A DNA stretch of 64,000 nucleotides from Octopus sinensis (Eukaryota), in the NCBI RefSeq assembly GCF_006345805.1, contig NC_043012.1:27528001-27592000 (forward strand), in the 5' to 3' direction. Both the position numbers and the translations under genes were made by a program. This document shows positions 37,660-51,107 of the stretch, in pieces. The notes beneath the pieces were generated by a model. The model did no database searches. It was not told the DNA's origin and saw only the letters and a program-made list of their open reading frames with translations. How positions within the stretch are numbered: the first letter of the stretch is position 1; every line of letters starts with the position of its first letter.

Positions 37660-39986
37660 AAACTTGTCAATTTTAACCTTAAAACCTATAGAAATCCTCC
37701 GTCCAACCCAGCTCTTGCTAAGTTTGAACAGGACCTGATGAACTTAATTAAGCGGTTGAAATTTTCAAAATACACCAATCCCTTCCAGAAGCTGCTATCT
37801 CAGAAGATATCGTCCATGAAATCATCTCCTGACCTACACGTATTGTCTGATAAAACCGGAAATATTTTCTCTGTACCACCAAATTTGTATAACGACTTGA
37901 TATTGAAGGAGTTAAACTCTGGCTATAAACATGCAAATAAAAATGCTATAAATAAGATTAATGCAAATCATCTGGAAATAATCTCTGGTTTGGGCCTGCT
38001 TGATAGAACCCAACCCATGCTTTATTGAAGGACCATAAATCTGATTTTATATCTAATCCTTCGATTAGATTGATATGTCCGACAAAGTCTGATTTGGGCA
38101 GAATCAGCAAGTTTATTATCGATAGTATTATCCCAATTGTGAGGGAAAAGTCCAACTTCCCTTATGGAAAGGAACTGAGGATGTGATACTTTGGTTTGAC
38201 TCTCTCAAAGATAAACCTAAGCTTAATTTCATACAATTCGACATTTCGAATTATTATAACTCTATAAGCCCTATCTTGTTAAACAAAGCCTTAATCTTTG
38301 CAAGAAGGTTTGTAGAGATACCTAAATCGGATATAGGGGTAAATTTGGCAGCAAGAGAAACACTTATCTCCTATAACGAGAGTGACTAGCAGAGAGCCGA
38401 CTCAAATAATTATTTTGATATAACCATGGGGGTCATCAGATTCTGCACAGGTGACTGACCTACTTGGCCTATTTCTACTCTCTGAAATTAAGAAAAGCTT
38501 CCCTCATCTTACTGGCAGATTGTATAGGGATGATGCCCTTTTTGCCGTGCTGGGCCTCTCGAAGACGGAATTAAACAGATTAAAGAAGTCGCTGAGAAGC
38601 TTCTTGAGGGACTTTTTTAATCTTGACATCATCTTCGACATTAATTCTAGGGTGGTAAACTTTTTGGATGCTACCTTGTGTCTAAATACCAGTCTCTATT
38701 ATCCCTTTCGTAAGCCTAATAAATCAATATCATATATCAATGTATCATCCAATCATCCAAAATCCACAATAGACAGCATCGTTACGGCAATTTCAACTAG
38801 AATATCTAACTTATCTGTGAATGAAAAGATTTTTGAACAGCATGCACCGGTGTATAATAATGCCCTAAGATTAAGTGGTTTCAAATCTAAAATATTTTAT
38901 ATCCTTAATACTAGACTCAAAAACAAAATGGCTGGTTTGCCATTTAAGCACGTCACAAATACTATGAATAAATGCAGGGAACCCCCCAACTGCAATAATA
39001 GGAAGCCCTTGGGTAGTAATTTGTTTAGGGATACTCGCAATAGGTACAGTTATAAGAAAGTTAATAATTTTGACAAGGAGTTAAACAAAACAGGAGGTTC
39101 ACGGTCTAGAATAAGGGAAGTTGTTTGGTTCGCTCCCCCTTTCTCCCTTAGAGTAAGGAACTTACCAAAAATATTTTTTAGAATTCTGAAGGAGAACTTC
39201 CCAAAGAATCATAAATACTATAACATTTGCAACAAATCAGTGATCAAGTTCTCTTACTCTGTAATGCCTAACTTTGCTTCGATTATTGCATCAATCAATA
39301 CAAGCAAGCTTGCTGGGCGGAATAGCTGGAAAAGTTCTTTTGTGGATGACCAAGGAACTGCGTATAATAATTTTGTAATGCCTAATGCCAATGATACAAA
39401 CAGTCTGCCTTTACCGGATCTATCGAACCCATGTAATAAGGGAAGATTTGATGGAACGAAAGAGGGAAACTTGTTTAGAACTGGAGACACAAAATGTAAT
39501 GGTAACAATAGAAATAAAACTAGGAAAGGCCCCGGAAAGAAATGTAATTGTTGAAGCCCCGATTTATGCCCTTTAGATGGTTCCTGTCTAGTTACTAACA
39601 TTATATATAAATGTGTAGTCAAGGATGAGGATAGGTTAAATAAATTTTATATAGGTAGCACAGTAGATTTTAAGGCTAGATATAGATCACATATGAGCTC
39701 ATTTTCTATCGATAAATACTGTAATTCTACAACACTTGCATCCCATATACACAATTTAAAGAAAAATAATAAGAATTATTATCTAGAATGGTCCATTATC
39801 TCTAAAACCCCAAATTTCAAGGGAAATATTAACAGGTGTAAGCTGTGCATAAGGGAATCCCTTACCATCCTTAGGTGTTATGGACCGCACATTTTGAATA
39901 AATTTACTGATGTGATTCCCTTTTGCATCCATAAATTTTCTAAATTTTTAAAAGTGTATAGAAATAAAATAAGTCGTAGAAAATAA
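37660..39986 (+). mobile_element. Penelope-like element (RT + GIY-YIG), near full length, few lesions
   Basis: QFDISNYYNSI, DITMG..SAQVTDLLG, LYRDD; CNC*SPDLCPLDGSCL..IIY..FYIG..FKARYRSH..CKLCIRE. Confidence 0.93.
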
Positions 39987-40198
39987 ATAGCTTAGCTCTT
40001 ATAGGGTTTGAAACCACGGAGGTTCAATTTAATTTAATTTAATACACCCATTTTTTTTTTTTTACTGCTTTATATAAAATAAATTTTTTTACTGCTTTAA
40101 TTCTTTCTTCTGGGCTCATCTGAGTATGACTGCTTCAATAAGAAAACACACAATATTGTGTTAAGCCTGCTACGCGATGATGTCTGTCTCTCCATTTT

Positions 40199-40280
40199 TT
40201 CCCCTGACGAAGGAGTTATTAGCGTGATGCACCCTAGTGCTTTAAACACAATAATATACCCCCGAAATGGCCATAGGGAA
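40199..40280 (+). ncRNA. Hammerhead motif in the 3' pseudo-LTR of the upstream PLE
   Basis: TTCCC-CTGACGA-AGG...CCC-GAAA-T GGCC A-TA-GGGAA; palindrome ATGGCCAT; stem II irregular. Confidence 0.7.
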
Positions 40281-40733
40281 TTTAGTAAATATGGTTTCCT
40301 CTTTTTTAACTATAAGGCCTAAGTAATTTTATAAGACTTTCTAAACGATGAACCTTTACTTTATTTTACATTATATATTATATATTTTTATTTGCTTCCT
40401 ATACTTATATATTTTTATATATTTTTATATACATATATATTTATATATTACTTTACACTATATTTTACGTCTTACCTTCTAGGTGTTGTAATGGTTTTTA
40501 AAAAAAATATATATTTTTCTTAATCGCTAATGTATTAACTTTTAACCGTGATGAACTGTATTCACATATATTCAAACATTTTTTCTTGCACTTTCTTATA
40601 TGCTTGTACAGATGAATTATATTCCATCTTCCGTGATGTCTAAATGTATATTCTATGATTAAATGTTCGAGTTATGAAATGTTATTGGATGACCTTGCAT
40701 TTGTTGTTCTATAACTTTAGTTTGATATATATA

Positions 40734-41245
<512 letters not shown>

Positions 41246-41374
41246 ATATATATATATATTTTATATCAATATATATATATATAAATATATATATAAATAT
41301 ATAAATATAAATATATATATATAAATAGATATATCCCTCTCCCCTCTCTCTCTTTCAGAGAGGCACTAAGTAGC

Positions 41375-41525
41375 TATACGCACACATACACACACGGCAG
41401 TAACTTCTGCCTGCCGAATTCAATCACAAAGCTTCGGTCGACTCGGGGCTATAGTGGAAGATACCTACCCAAAGTGCCACGCAGTGCGACTGAACCCGAA
41501 ACTATGTAGCTAGGAAGCAAGCTCC
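41375..41525 (-). mobile_element. SINE head fragment
   Basis: Reverse complement of the tRNA-like SINE head (gggttcagtcgcactgcgtggcac). Confidence 0.7.
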
Positions 41526-41569
41526 CTTACCACACAGCCATGTCCGCATATATATATCACCTTCTGGCT

Positions 41570-42871
41570 GAATAACTACTCCTTTGAACTCCCAACTCGC
41601 ATAAACAAAGATCTTATAATAGAAGGACTTAGATTTATTTTAGAAAACAATTACTTTATTTTTGACAATAATTTCTACAGACAAAGATCGGGAACAGCGA
41701 TGGGCACGCGTACTGCGCCTTCTTTTGCCAACCTAGTGATGGGATACCTCGAGAAAAATACTCTACCAGATAACACTCGAGAAATATGGAAACACTTCTC
41801 CAGAACAACTGGAAAAGATACCTCGACGACTTTTATCATCTGGGATAAAAGTATAGAGAAACTTGAGGAATTTAAAATACTATTAAATGGAATAAATGAT
41901 AATATACAATCACGAAGGATCATAACGAAGAAGAATTACCATTTTTAGACATCCTCATTAAGAAAACCGGCAACAAAATAGAGACAGATATCTATTATAA
42001 ACCGACAGACTCCAAACAGTACCTACCCTTTGATTCATGCCACCCACGACACACTAGAATAAATGTCCCTTTTTGTCTAGCTAGAAGGATTTGCACCATA
42101 ATATCAGACACCAACACCCGACACACACGTCTCCAGGAACTTAGAACCACACTCACAAATAGAAACTATCCAGAGCCCCTAATAGACAGCGCAATCCAAC
42201 GGGCACTTAAATTAAGTATAGAAGACCTGAGACAAACAAAACCAAAAAAGAAAGAACAATTAAAAAACCCTTCCCTACATCTCTACAGACAACCCACTTA
42301 ACAATGAGGCCTTCAGCACCATACTACAAAGCACAGCCCTACTAAAGGGAAACCCAAAGATGAACCGGATCCTCGAAACACACACCATCATTAAAAGTAA
42401 ACGGCAAACCAAAAATCCTTGAAAAGGATTTTAACCCAAGCTAAACTGCACTCAACATCAACCACAAAACCAGCAGTTAGAAAATGTGGAAGGCCCAACT
42501 GAGGAATCTGTGTCATCTTGGTAGAAGGTTCAGATCAGTTCACCATTAAAACAAACTTCACCTGTGCATCAGAAAACTTAATTTACGTCTTAACATGTGC
42601 AGGCTGCAATAGGCAATATATAGGCCATACAAAAAATAGCTTACGTAACAGGATGGCGGTGCATAAATCACAAATTAGAAACCTTGAATACCGGAAAATA
42701 CCGGTAAGCGGACACATAGATAGATGTGCTGCAAATGAAAATCCGAAATTTACAACTTACCCACTTTACAAATTCAGTGACAACGTAACCTTCACGCAAC
42801 ACCAAAATAAAGAACTTTATTTCATCAAAAATTTTAGACCAAGTTTGAACACCCTGGGCCAGGAATATTAA
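41570..42871 (+). mobile_element. Penelope-like element, Neptune-like C-terminus, decayed
   Basis: GTAMGTRTAPSFANLVMG, RYLDD, FLDILI, CHPRH; FTCASENLIYVLTCAGCNRQYIGHT..LRNRMAVH..HIDRC. Clade label is from motif recognition only. Confidence 0.88.
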
Positions 42872-43105
42872 AACAAAACATTGGTCTTCCGAAAAAGAAA
42901 AAACGAAACTCTACCACAACCACTACGACTGCTCCCACTAGCACTACCACTACTACAACAACTGTTACTACGGCCACAGTGAGAGAATTAAAATAGTGGA
43001 GGTGGGGGCAATCACAATTTCTCAGATCCTTAAACAGTCACTCCCGCTGGCAGTGGTATGTCTTAGGGAATGAAAAATTTATAAAAAGATTTTTTTCTCT
43101 GCGAG

Positions 43106-43413
43106 CAGATCTGATTTTGATTAGTCAAAAAATTGATGATGTTTTACCTCAGTGGTCAAGCTTGTTGCCATGCTTGATTGGTTTTCTTACAAGATACAGT
43201 TATGGGTCAGGTCTGATTCTGATTCGTTAAAAAATTGATGACATTTTTCTTCCGTGGTCAAACTAGCCGTTCTGCAAGGTTAGCCACCTAACAGGATACA
43301 ATTATGGGTCAGATCTGATTTTGATTCACTAAAAAATTGATGACGTTTTTCTTCCATGGTCAAACTTGTCGTTTTGCTTGGCTGGTTTCCTAAACAGGAT
43401 ACAGTTGGGGGTC
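43106..43413 (+). repeat. Three tandem 102-bp units with conserved ends and variable middles
   Basis: TGATGA at 43134, 43236 and 43338; CTGA at 43111, 43213 and 43315. Confidence 0.85.
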
Positions 43414-43825
43414 TTTTCCTTATATTCGTTGAAACTTGGCTTTGATTGGTTTGGAATTATATGACGTCAGTGAACAGTGCCAGTGACCACGGCTACTACT
43501 GCTTTCACAGCCACAGCTTAACTGATATAAACCCAACGATCACAAGTTTACCAAAATTACGCTAACAGTCGACGACCAAGAATTACTACTGTTGCTCCCA
43601 TTGGAACTCAAGGTAAAATCTATAATGAACTCCTGCACTACACTTATATTTTTCGCCTTTTCAAGAACATGGATTCTATTGAATGTATATAGCATGGACT
43701 CTATTGAATATATGTAACAATTATGAACTGTTCCATTATACTCTTTATGCATATAGCATGAACTCTATTGAATGTATGTAACAATTATGAACTGTTCCAT
43801 TATACTCTTTATTATAAAAAAATTT

Positions 43826-43868
43826 TTTTTGATAAGGTTCGTTATTTCAAGAACCGAAACATGTAAAA
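43826..43868 (+). ncRNA. Degenerate hammerhead motif downstream of the Neptune-like PLE
   Basis: TTT-TTGATAA-GGTTC..GAACC-GAAA-C AT G-TA-AAA; two core substitutions. Confidence 0.5.
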
Positions 43869-43929
43869 TTAAAATTTATCTAATATAGTGGCATTTTCAA
43901 ACTTCTTTTTTACAAATATATATATATAT

Positions 43930-43931
<2 letters not shown>

Positions 43932-43962
<31 letters not shown>

Positions 43963-46900
43963 GTCATTTAACGTCCATTTTCCCCATGCTAGCATGGGTT
44001 GGACAGTTTTGACTGAGGGCTGGCAACCAGATGGCTGCACCAGGCTCCAGTCTTGATCTGGCAGAGTTTCTACAGCTGGATGTCCTTCCTAACGCCAATC
44101 ACTCCGGGAGTGTAGTGGGTGCTTTTTACATGCCACCTGCACTGGGGGCCAGTCAGATGGTAGTGGCAATAATCTCGCTCAAATCTTTTTACATGTGCCA
44201 CCAACATAGGTGCCAGTGGAGCGACATTGGTCACAATCACACTCGAATGATGCCATTTTATGTGCCACAGGTACGGAAGCCAGTTGGCTGCTCTGGCAAC
44301 GACCATGCTCGGATGGTGTTCTTGGCACCCTACTAGCAAAGGTATAAGTGCCAGTAAGGCGACGCTGGTAACGATCATACTCGAATACCCTCTCTGTCAA
44401 AGATCACACTCGTATGGTGCTCTTTGCACCCCGCTAGCACGGATGCCAGTCATCGAAATGATTTTGATTTTGATTTCACTTACCTCAACAGGTCTTCGCA
44501 AGCAAAGTTTAGTGACCAAAGAATGAAAAGCTATGCATAAGTGGGCTGGTTATGCTCCTGGCATAGGCACAGGATATGGTTTCATCTGGCTTGCTGGGTC
44601 TTCTCGAGTACAGCATATTTCCAAAGGTCTCGGTCGCTAGTCATTTCCTTGGTGAGGCCTAACGTTCAAAGGTCGTGCTTCACCACTCCATCCCAGGTCT
44701 TCCTGGATCTACCTCTTCCACAGGTTCCCTCAACGGATAGGGTGTGGAACTTTTTCACACAGCTATCCTCATCCATTCTCACCAGATGACCATACCAACG
44801 CAGTCATCTCTCTTGCACACCACATCTAATGCTTCTTAGGTCCAACTTTTCTCTCAAGGTACTTACACTTTGTTGAGTATGAACACTGACATTACACATC
44901 CATCGGATCATACTGGCTTCATTCCTTGCGAGCTTACGCATATCCTCAGCAGTCACAGCCCATGTTTCACTACCATGTAGCATGTCTGTTCATACACATG
45001 CATCATACAGTCTACCTTTTACTCTGAGCGAGAGGCCCTTTGTCATCAGCAGAGGTAAGAGCTCTCTGAACTTTGCCCAAGCTATTCTTATTCTAGCAGC
45101 TACACTTTCAGTGCACCCTCCTCCGCTACTGATTTGGTCACCTAGATAACGGAAGCCATCAACTACTTCTAGTTTTTCTCCCTGGAATGTGGCGGAAATT
45201 GGTCTCTGTGCATTTTCAGTGTTTATCGCTCCCAAGCATCTGCCACATTCAAAAACTATCTTCCCAGTTAGCCTTCCTTTGATATTACTGCACCTCTTAT
45301 GTGTCCATAGCTCACACTGGGTACATCTTATAGAGTTTCTACCTACACCTTACTACAGATTGAGCAGGGCCATCTACCTGAAGGGATTTGTGGTTTGGCT
45401 GCCATCCTACTTATTAGGACTTTGGTTTTAGCTATGTTGATTCTAAAGCCCTTCGATTCTAATCCTTGTTTCCACACTTGAAACTTTCTTCTAGTTCTGA
45501 TAGCGACTCAGCGATTAGGACAAGGTCATCAGCATAGAGGAGCTCCCAGGGGCATCCTGTCTGGAATTCCTCCATTATTGCCTGGAGGACTATGATAAAT
45601 AGGAGGGGACTGAGGACTGAACCCTGGTGGACCCCAACCTCTACCTTGAATTCTTCAGTGTACTCGTTGCCAACCCTTACCTTACCTACAGCGTCCCTGT
45701 GCATGACTTGCACAGCTCTCACTAACCATTCATCTATCCCTAGTTTCCTCATTGACCACCAGATAAGGGATTGGGGGACCCTGTCAAAGGCTTTCTCCAT
45801 GTCAACAAAAGCCAGGTACAGGGGCTTATCTTTAGCTAAGTATTTCTCCTGCAGCTGTCTTACCAGAAATATGGCATCAGTGGTGCTTTTCCCTGCATCT
45901 CATCCAAGTTGACTCTCTCCTAATCAGTTGGGCTATGACCCTCTCCGTAACCTTCATTATCTGATCCAACAGCTTGATATCTCTGTAATTATTTGTATCT
46001 AGGGTGTCACCTTTAACTTTGTAGCAGTTAACTATTATGCTGCTACACCAGTCATTGAGTATGACTCCTTCGTGTATCACCTGGTTAACTATACGGGTGA
46101 CTAGGCTATAGCCAACACTGCCAGATATTTTGAGCATCTCTGCAGTAATTCCTGATGGGCCTGGAGCTTTTCCTGTCTTCATGCTTCTAATTGCCTTGAC
46201 TACCAAGGAACTGTCAACTCGGATAGCTGGTCCCTCTGTTGTTTCGACATTCGGCAGACTCTCTTTGTCCCATTCATTTTCTTTATTGAACAACCTTTCA
46301 TAGTGGCGTCTCCAAACCTCTCTCTTTGCATCCTCATTTAGCGCAAGTGAACCATCATCCACGTAAACACATTTCTCTCCTACCACATCACGATTCTCTC
46401 TCACACACTGTCTTGCAACACGAAATTCCTAAAGTCTTTCGTCCTCACGGTGCAGAACATTGGCAAATATTTTCTTATCTGCTTCCTCTCTGGCTAAATA
46501 CACCTGCCTCCTCGCTTCCCTTCTGGCAGTCTGATACACTTCCCTGCTACCACCGTTCTTCCAGTCCTTCCAAGCCTGTTTCTTTTGTCTAATAGCCCTG
46601 TCAACAATATTGTTCCACCACAACGTTATTTTGGGTCTTGAGAGGACTTTTCACCAACCACAGATCTGGTTAGTGGCTCTCAGCAGGTTGTCCCTTAAAA
46701 ACCTCCAGCTGTCCTCTACCCCCTTCTATTTCGTCAAAGACTTAATAGAAGTAATATGTGTCCAAATCTCTGTCCATTCGCAGGATCTTTAAGCATCCAG
46801 ACCCTTCTTCTCCATGTTGGTCGTCTACTGGTCGTCCTCTTAGTCCTGATCCTAAAGTCACTAACTACCAGTCTGTGTTGTGGGGTACATTCTTCACCTG

Positions 46901-47940
46901 GGAAGGTTTTGGCATTTATAAGCAGCCATCTTTCCTTTTTTCTGGCAAGGATGTAGTCAATTTGGCTAGTATGTCGGCCCGATCGGTAGGTGACTAAGTG
47001 GCTTGTAGGTTTACTGAAGTTAGTATTGCAAACCATAAGATCATTTGCATCGCAGAACTCCAGCAGCCTGGTTCTCTCCTCGTTGCAGGAACCATAACCA
47101 TAGCTCCCATGTACACCATGGAAGCCCCCAGCATGTCGTTCAACGTGACCATTGAAGTCACCAGCCACAAAAAGAAGGTCCCTGTCGTTCGTAAATGAGG
47201 TAGTCTGCAGTAGGGTGTCATAGAAACAGTCTGTCTGTCCATCGGGTAGCCCTGGCTGAAAGGCATAGGCCGATATAATGGTTGCTAACCCATGGTGAAG
47301 CATTAATCTAATCTTAAGTATTCTGTTGCATACTCTGATTACCTCAATTACCTTATCTGCCCATTTTTCAGCAAGAAGTATACCAAAGCCCCCGACCCTG
47401 TCAGTGTTTCCAGCCCATAAAATCTTGTACCTGTGTTCTTTGCCTGTGAGGAACCTAGCAGAACCTCCTCTCCACCTTACTTCTTGGATGCAACACATAT
47501 CAACACATCTCCGTTCATGCATCTCAACAATCTCGCCAGACCTGCCTTTCAGTGTTCCAACGTTGAGGGTGCCAACCCTGTGGGTGTGGGAGGTATGGGC
47601 TCATGAGACCCTGGGGCGGGGGACAGTGGCTTCATGTACCTGAAAAGAAAATGCGCATTTGGCAGGATTCATAGACAAACAATAGACTTAAGTTCAAATC
47701 GCATATACTAAACTATCATACTTTGCCACTGTGTGATCACTACCTTGTATAGTAGGGGGTGGGGCTGGCGTAGGCATTTTGAAGTGTTCATGGGAGACAA
47801 CCAAGGATGACAAAATTGGAACTTCCGGTAAAGGTGGAGGGGTGGGAGGGCGGGGGCACCGCGAAAACTAGCAGCCATGAAGAGGGCGCATCTCATCTCT
47901 TGGAGAAGGAATACTTCGTTGTAGGTATTAAGAGACATTA
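43932..47940 (-). mobile_element. Near full-length RTE LINE (EN, RT, PHD-like finger, long 3' UTR, (GAT)n tail)
   Basis: LNVGTLKGR, CCIQEVRWRG, AGDFNGHV, TSQIDY, PQHRLVV (EN); DMEKAFDRV, QGSVLSPLLF, LYADD (RT). The 5' boundary is uncertain. Confidence 0.95.
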
Positions 47941-48276
47941 TTGAGAGAAGAGATATGTTTCAGATTTAGGGTAGATGCATGAGCAAAATTTATCTTAGAC
48001 ATCGATAAGTAAGAGGAACTATAGGATTATATGTTTAACATGAGGTGTGAAACTGAAATAGACAGAGTGAAACAGAATAGAGAAACTAACAGGGTTAAAT
48101 CTTAGACATCGATAAGTAAGAGGAACTATAGGATTATATATACATAAATATATATATAAATATATATATATATATTAAAATATATATATATATATATACA
48201 TTATATATATAAAATATATATAAATATATATAATATATAATATATATATATATATATATAAATATATATATATATA

Positions 48277-48571
48277 TCACGTGATCACGTGACCGACCAA
48301 ACCATCAGATGTTGTTACACATCGCTGGTCACAATGCATTCGCATTGTTTTAGCCTTTGAATGACGCCACCCCGCTGGCTAAGCGAGCAGGCCAACAGAA
48401 GAAAGAGTAGGAGAAAGAGTGGTGAAAGAGTGCAGCAGGGATCACCACCCCCTGCCGGAGCATCGTGGAGTTTTTAGGTGTTTTTGCTCAATAAACACTC
48501 ACAACGCCTGGTCTGGGAATCGAAACCGCAATCCTACGACCACGAGTCCGCTGCCCTAACCACTGGGCCTC

Positions 48572-48575
<4 letters not shown>
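48277..48575 (-). mobile_element. tRNA-derived SINE, second family
   Basis: A box (ggcccagtggttagg) and B box (ggtttcgattccc) in the head; tail shared with 25740-25860. Confidence 0.85.
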
Positions 48576-48625
<50 letters not shown>

Positions 48626-48687
48626 GTATAAATATGTATAAATATGTATATATGTATATATATGTATATATATATATATATATATAT

Positions 48688-49925
48688 ACAAGCAGAGATA
48701 CCCGGCGTTGCCCGTGTTACATTCAATTGAAGAATTAGACTTTTCTGTTATATTTTCTGTAATGAACAGGAATATAATGAACATGTAATCGTGCCACATG
48801 TATCTTATACTACTGATTTTTATGCGCATATTCCAAAATTCCAGTCTTACTGAACCTGTTAAAAAGATTTTGCTCCTGAAAAATGAAGATCATGGAGCTC
48901 TAAAATGCGAGAGTTAAGGTCCCTGTTGGGGGTGGGCTTCTTAATGTCAACCAGAAAAGTTGAATTGATGAGAATCTTTTTAACTTGGGTCTTATATCTA
49001 TTGTTTGAATTTCTTTGAAATAGGAAATATATGTTCACTGGATTTGTAAAAGAGAGCAAATCTACAGGAAACCAAAAGACGAATGATCACAATAAACAGT
49101 CGTTACCACTCCCAATGTAGGATTCCTCACCATCCAGGTGACAGGCACAGCCGTAAGATACATTACAAATCTATAGCAATTGGAAGGGCGTGACCCAAAT
49201 GAAATAAACATTAACAACTGTGTGACGTGAGGGCTAAGGAGAAATGAAAGTGTCACCTCTGGAGTTTGCAAATGACCACTATACTGATACGTAACCGGAC
49301 AGAATAAATTTACAATCTATAAATGTCTTTGAATAACTAGTCATTCATCTGGGAAGGCCTTGAAATCAATGTTACCATGTGGGGACTATGTGTGACCTAG
49401 TGATAATAAAAAGACTGAAAGGAGGTCTGCAATCCAATAACTTTACTCAACACTTTGCAACTGAATCAGTGGAAGCAAAGATACCTCTCATTTACTTGAC
49501 AATTTATGTAGCACATTGCAGAAATCACAATGTAAGTGTATGTCAAAGCAAAGTGTTACACTGTTGTACCATTGAATTATAAATAATGCTCATCTTTTAT
49601 GCTCGGGTAACCCTACAGCTTCCAAGAGCACAACTGTATTTGCTTTTGCTTAGATAAAATGACAAAATTGTGGGTGTTAAGTCCCCATAGAGGGGGCTTT
49701 CTAACTTGTAAGAAGATGAAATTTTATAAATATTACTTCATTTGTGTCTAATATCTATGGTTAAAATTTCATCAACAGCAAAAATATATGAATTGTCATG
49801 GGGGCCATGGCACTTATGGATAGAATAATATTTCCAAATTTCATAAAGATCCATTTAGTACTTTTGACCTAGTTTTGGATCATAAAAGAAATGACTAAAA
49901 TTTGGGGGTTAAGGCCCCCATTAGG

Positions 49926-49935
<10 letters not shown>
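48688..49935 (-). mobile_element. Non-autonomous Helitron-type element (~1.25 kb)
   Basis: Minus-strand 5' TATATATAAAA; 3' hairpin cgggcaacgccggg followed by CTTG (CTAG-like); embedded in (TA)n. Confidence 0.6.
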
Positions 49936-49963
<28 letters not shown>

Positions 49964-49967
<4 letters not shown>

Positions 49968-50559
49968 AATAAGAAAATGGAGAAATACATCCAAATCAAA
50001 TATCAACTACCAGATAATACCCAATCACATACTTTATTAAACCACCACATAAGAAACTTTAAGGTTAAACATAATAATATATGACAAAACAGTGTACATA
50101 AAGGAGTAATATGATACAATAAGTACAATATGTATAAGAGAATATAAATATAAATAAATATAATTAAAAATAAAATATATTTATTTGTATTTATATTCTC
50201 TTATACATATTGTACTTATTGTATCATATTACTCCTTTATGTACACTCCTTTATGTACACTGTTTTGTCATATATTATTATGTTTAACCTTAAAGTTTCT
50301 TATGTGGTGGTTTAACAAAGTATGTGATTGGGTATTATCTGGTAGTTGATATTTGATTTGGATGTATTTCTCCATTTTCTTATTTTGTATTATGAATTTG
50401 TGGTAAAACACTTTACCTTTGCCTATATAATACAATAAATGAATTAATTGCATCGCAGTTCTTAACATTTATGAATTTACTTTGTTGGGTACTTCACAGG
50501 CAGTATATTGGATATGTGTTATCCCATGGAGGGTTGCATTTACAACCCCTATCTCAATT

Positions 50560-50563
<4 letters not shown>
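49964..50563. repeat. PLE pseudo-LTR P2 fold-back (arms ~49964-50162 / 50176-50389)
   Basis: Near-perfect hairpin with a ~13-nt loop; the plus arm continues to ctcaatttgta+(TA)n. Confidence 0.9.
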
Positions 50564-50611
<48 letters not shown>

Positions 50612-51064
50612 TAGATAGATAGATAGATAGATAGAGATATAGATATACACACACACACATACAAAGATAAATTGATAGATACAACTGACTGGGCAAACAA
50701 AAATATGAGACACTGCCTAGTGTTTTTTTTTAATTTTGATATGCCTGGTACTTATTCTATCAGTTTCTTCTTGTGAAACCAGTAAGTTATGGGGATGTAA
50801 ATTAACGAACACCAGTTGTGAAGCAGTGATGAGGGAGAAACACAAAAGTATTTCGATAGTATAAAATTTGATTATGTTTGCTGTTTGTAATTATCTATCC
50901 ATGTCTAATTGTAGACATACTTACTAATAGAGTTAATATTGTAGCCATCTGTATATTATTGATGTAGAAATGTATGTGTATGTACATAGGTGTACGGATA
51001 AGTGTATATGTATGTATGGTTGTTTGAATGTGTATGTGTCCGTATATGTGGATTGTAAGAGGGA

Positions 51065-51103
<39 letters not shown>

Positions 51104-51107
<4 letters not shown>

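Noticed and set aside
39550-39552. In-frame TGA in the PLE Cys-rich linker as selenocysteine
   Set aside because: It follows CNC where Arg/Lys is expected (CNCR in the 53 kb copy), consistent with CGA-to-TGA decay; the element has other lesions.
43687-43811. ~60-bp direct tandem duplication
   Set aside because: Simple local duplication within the PLE 3' region with no further structure.
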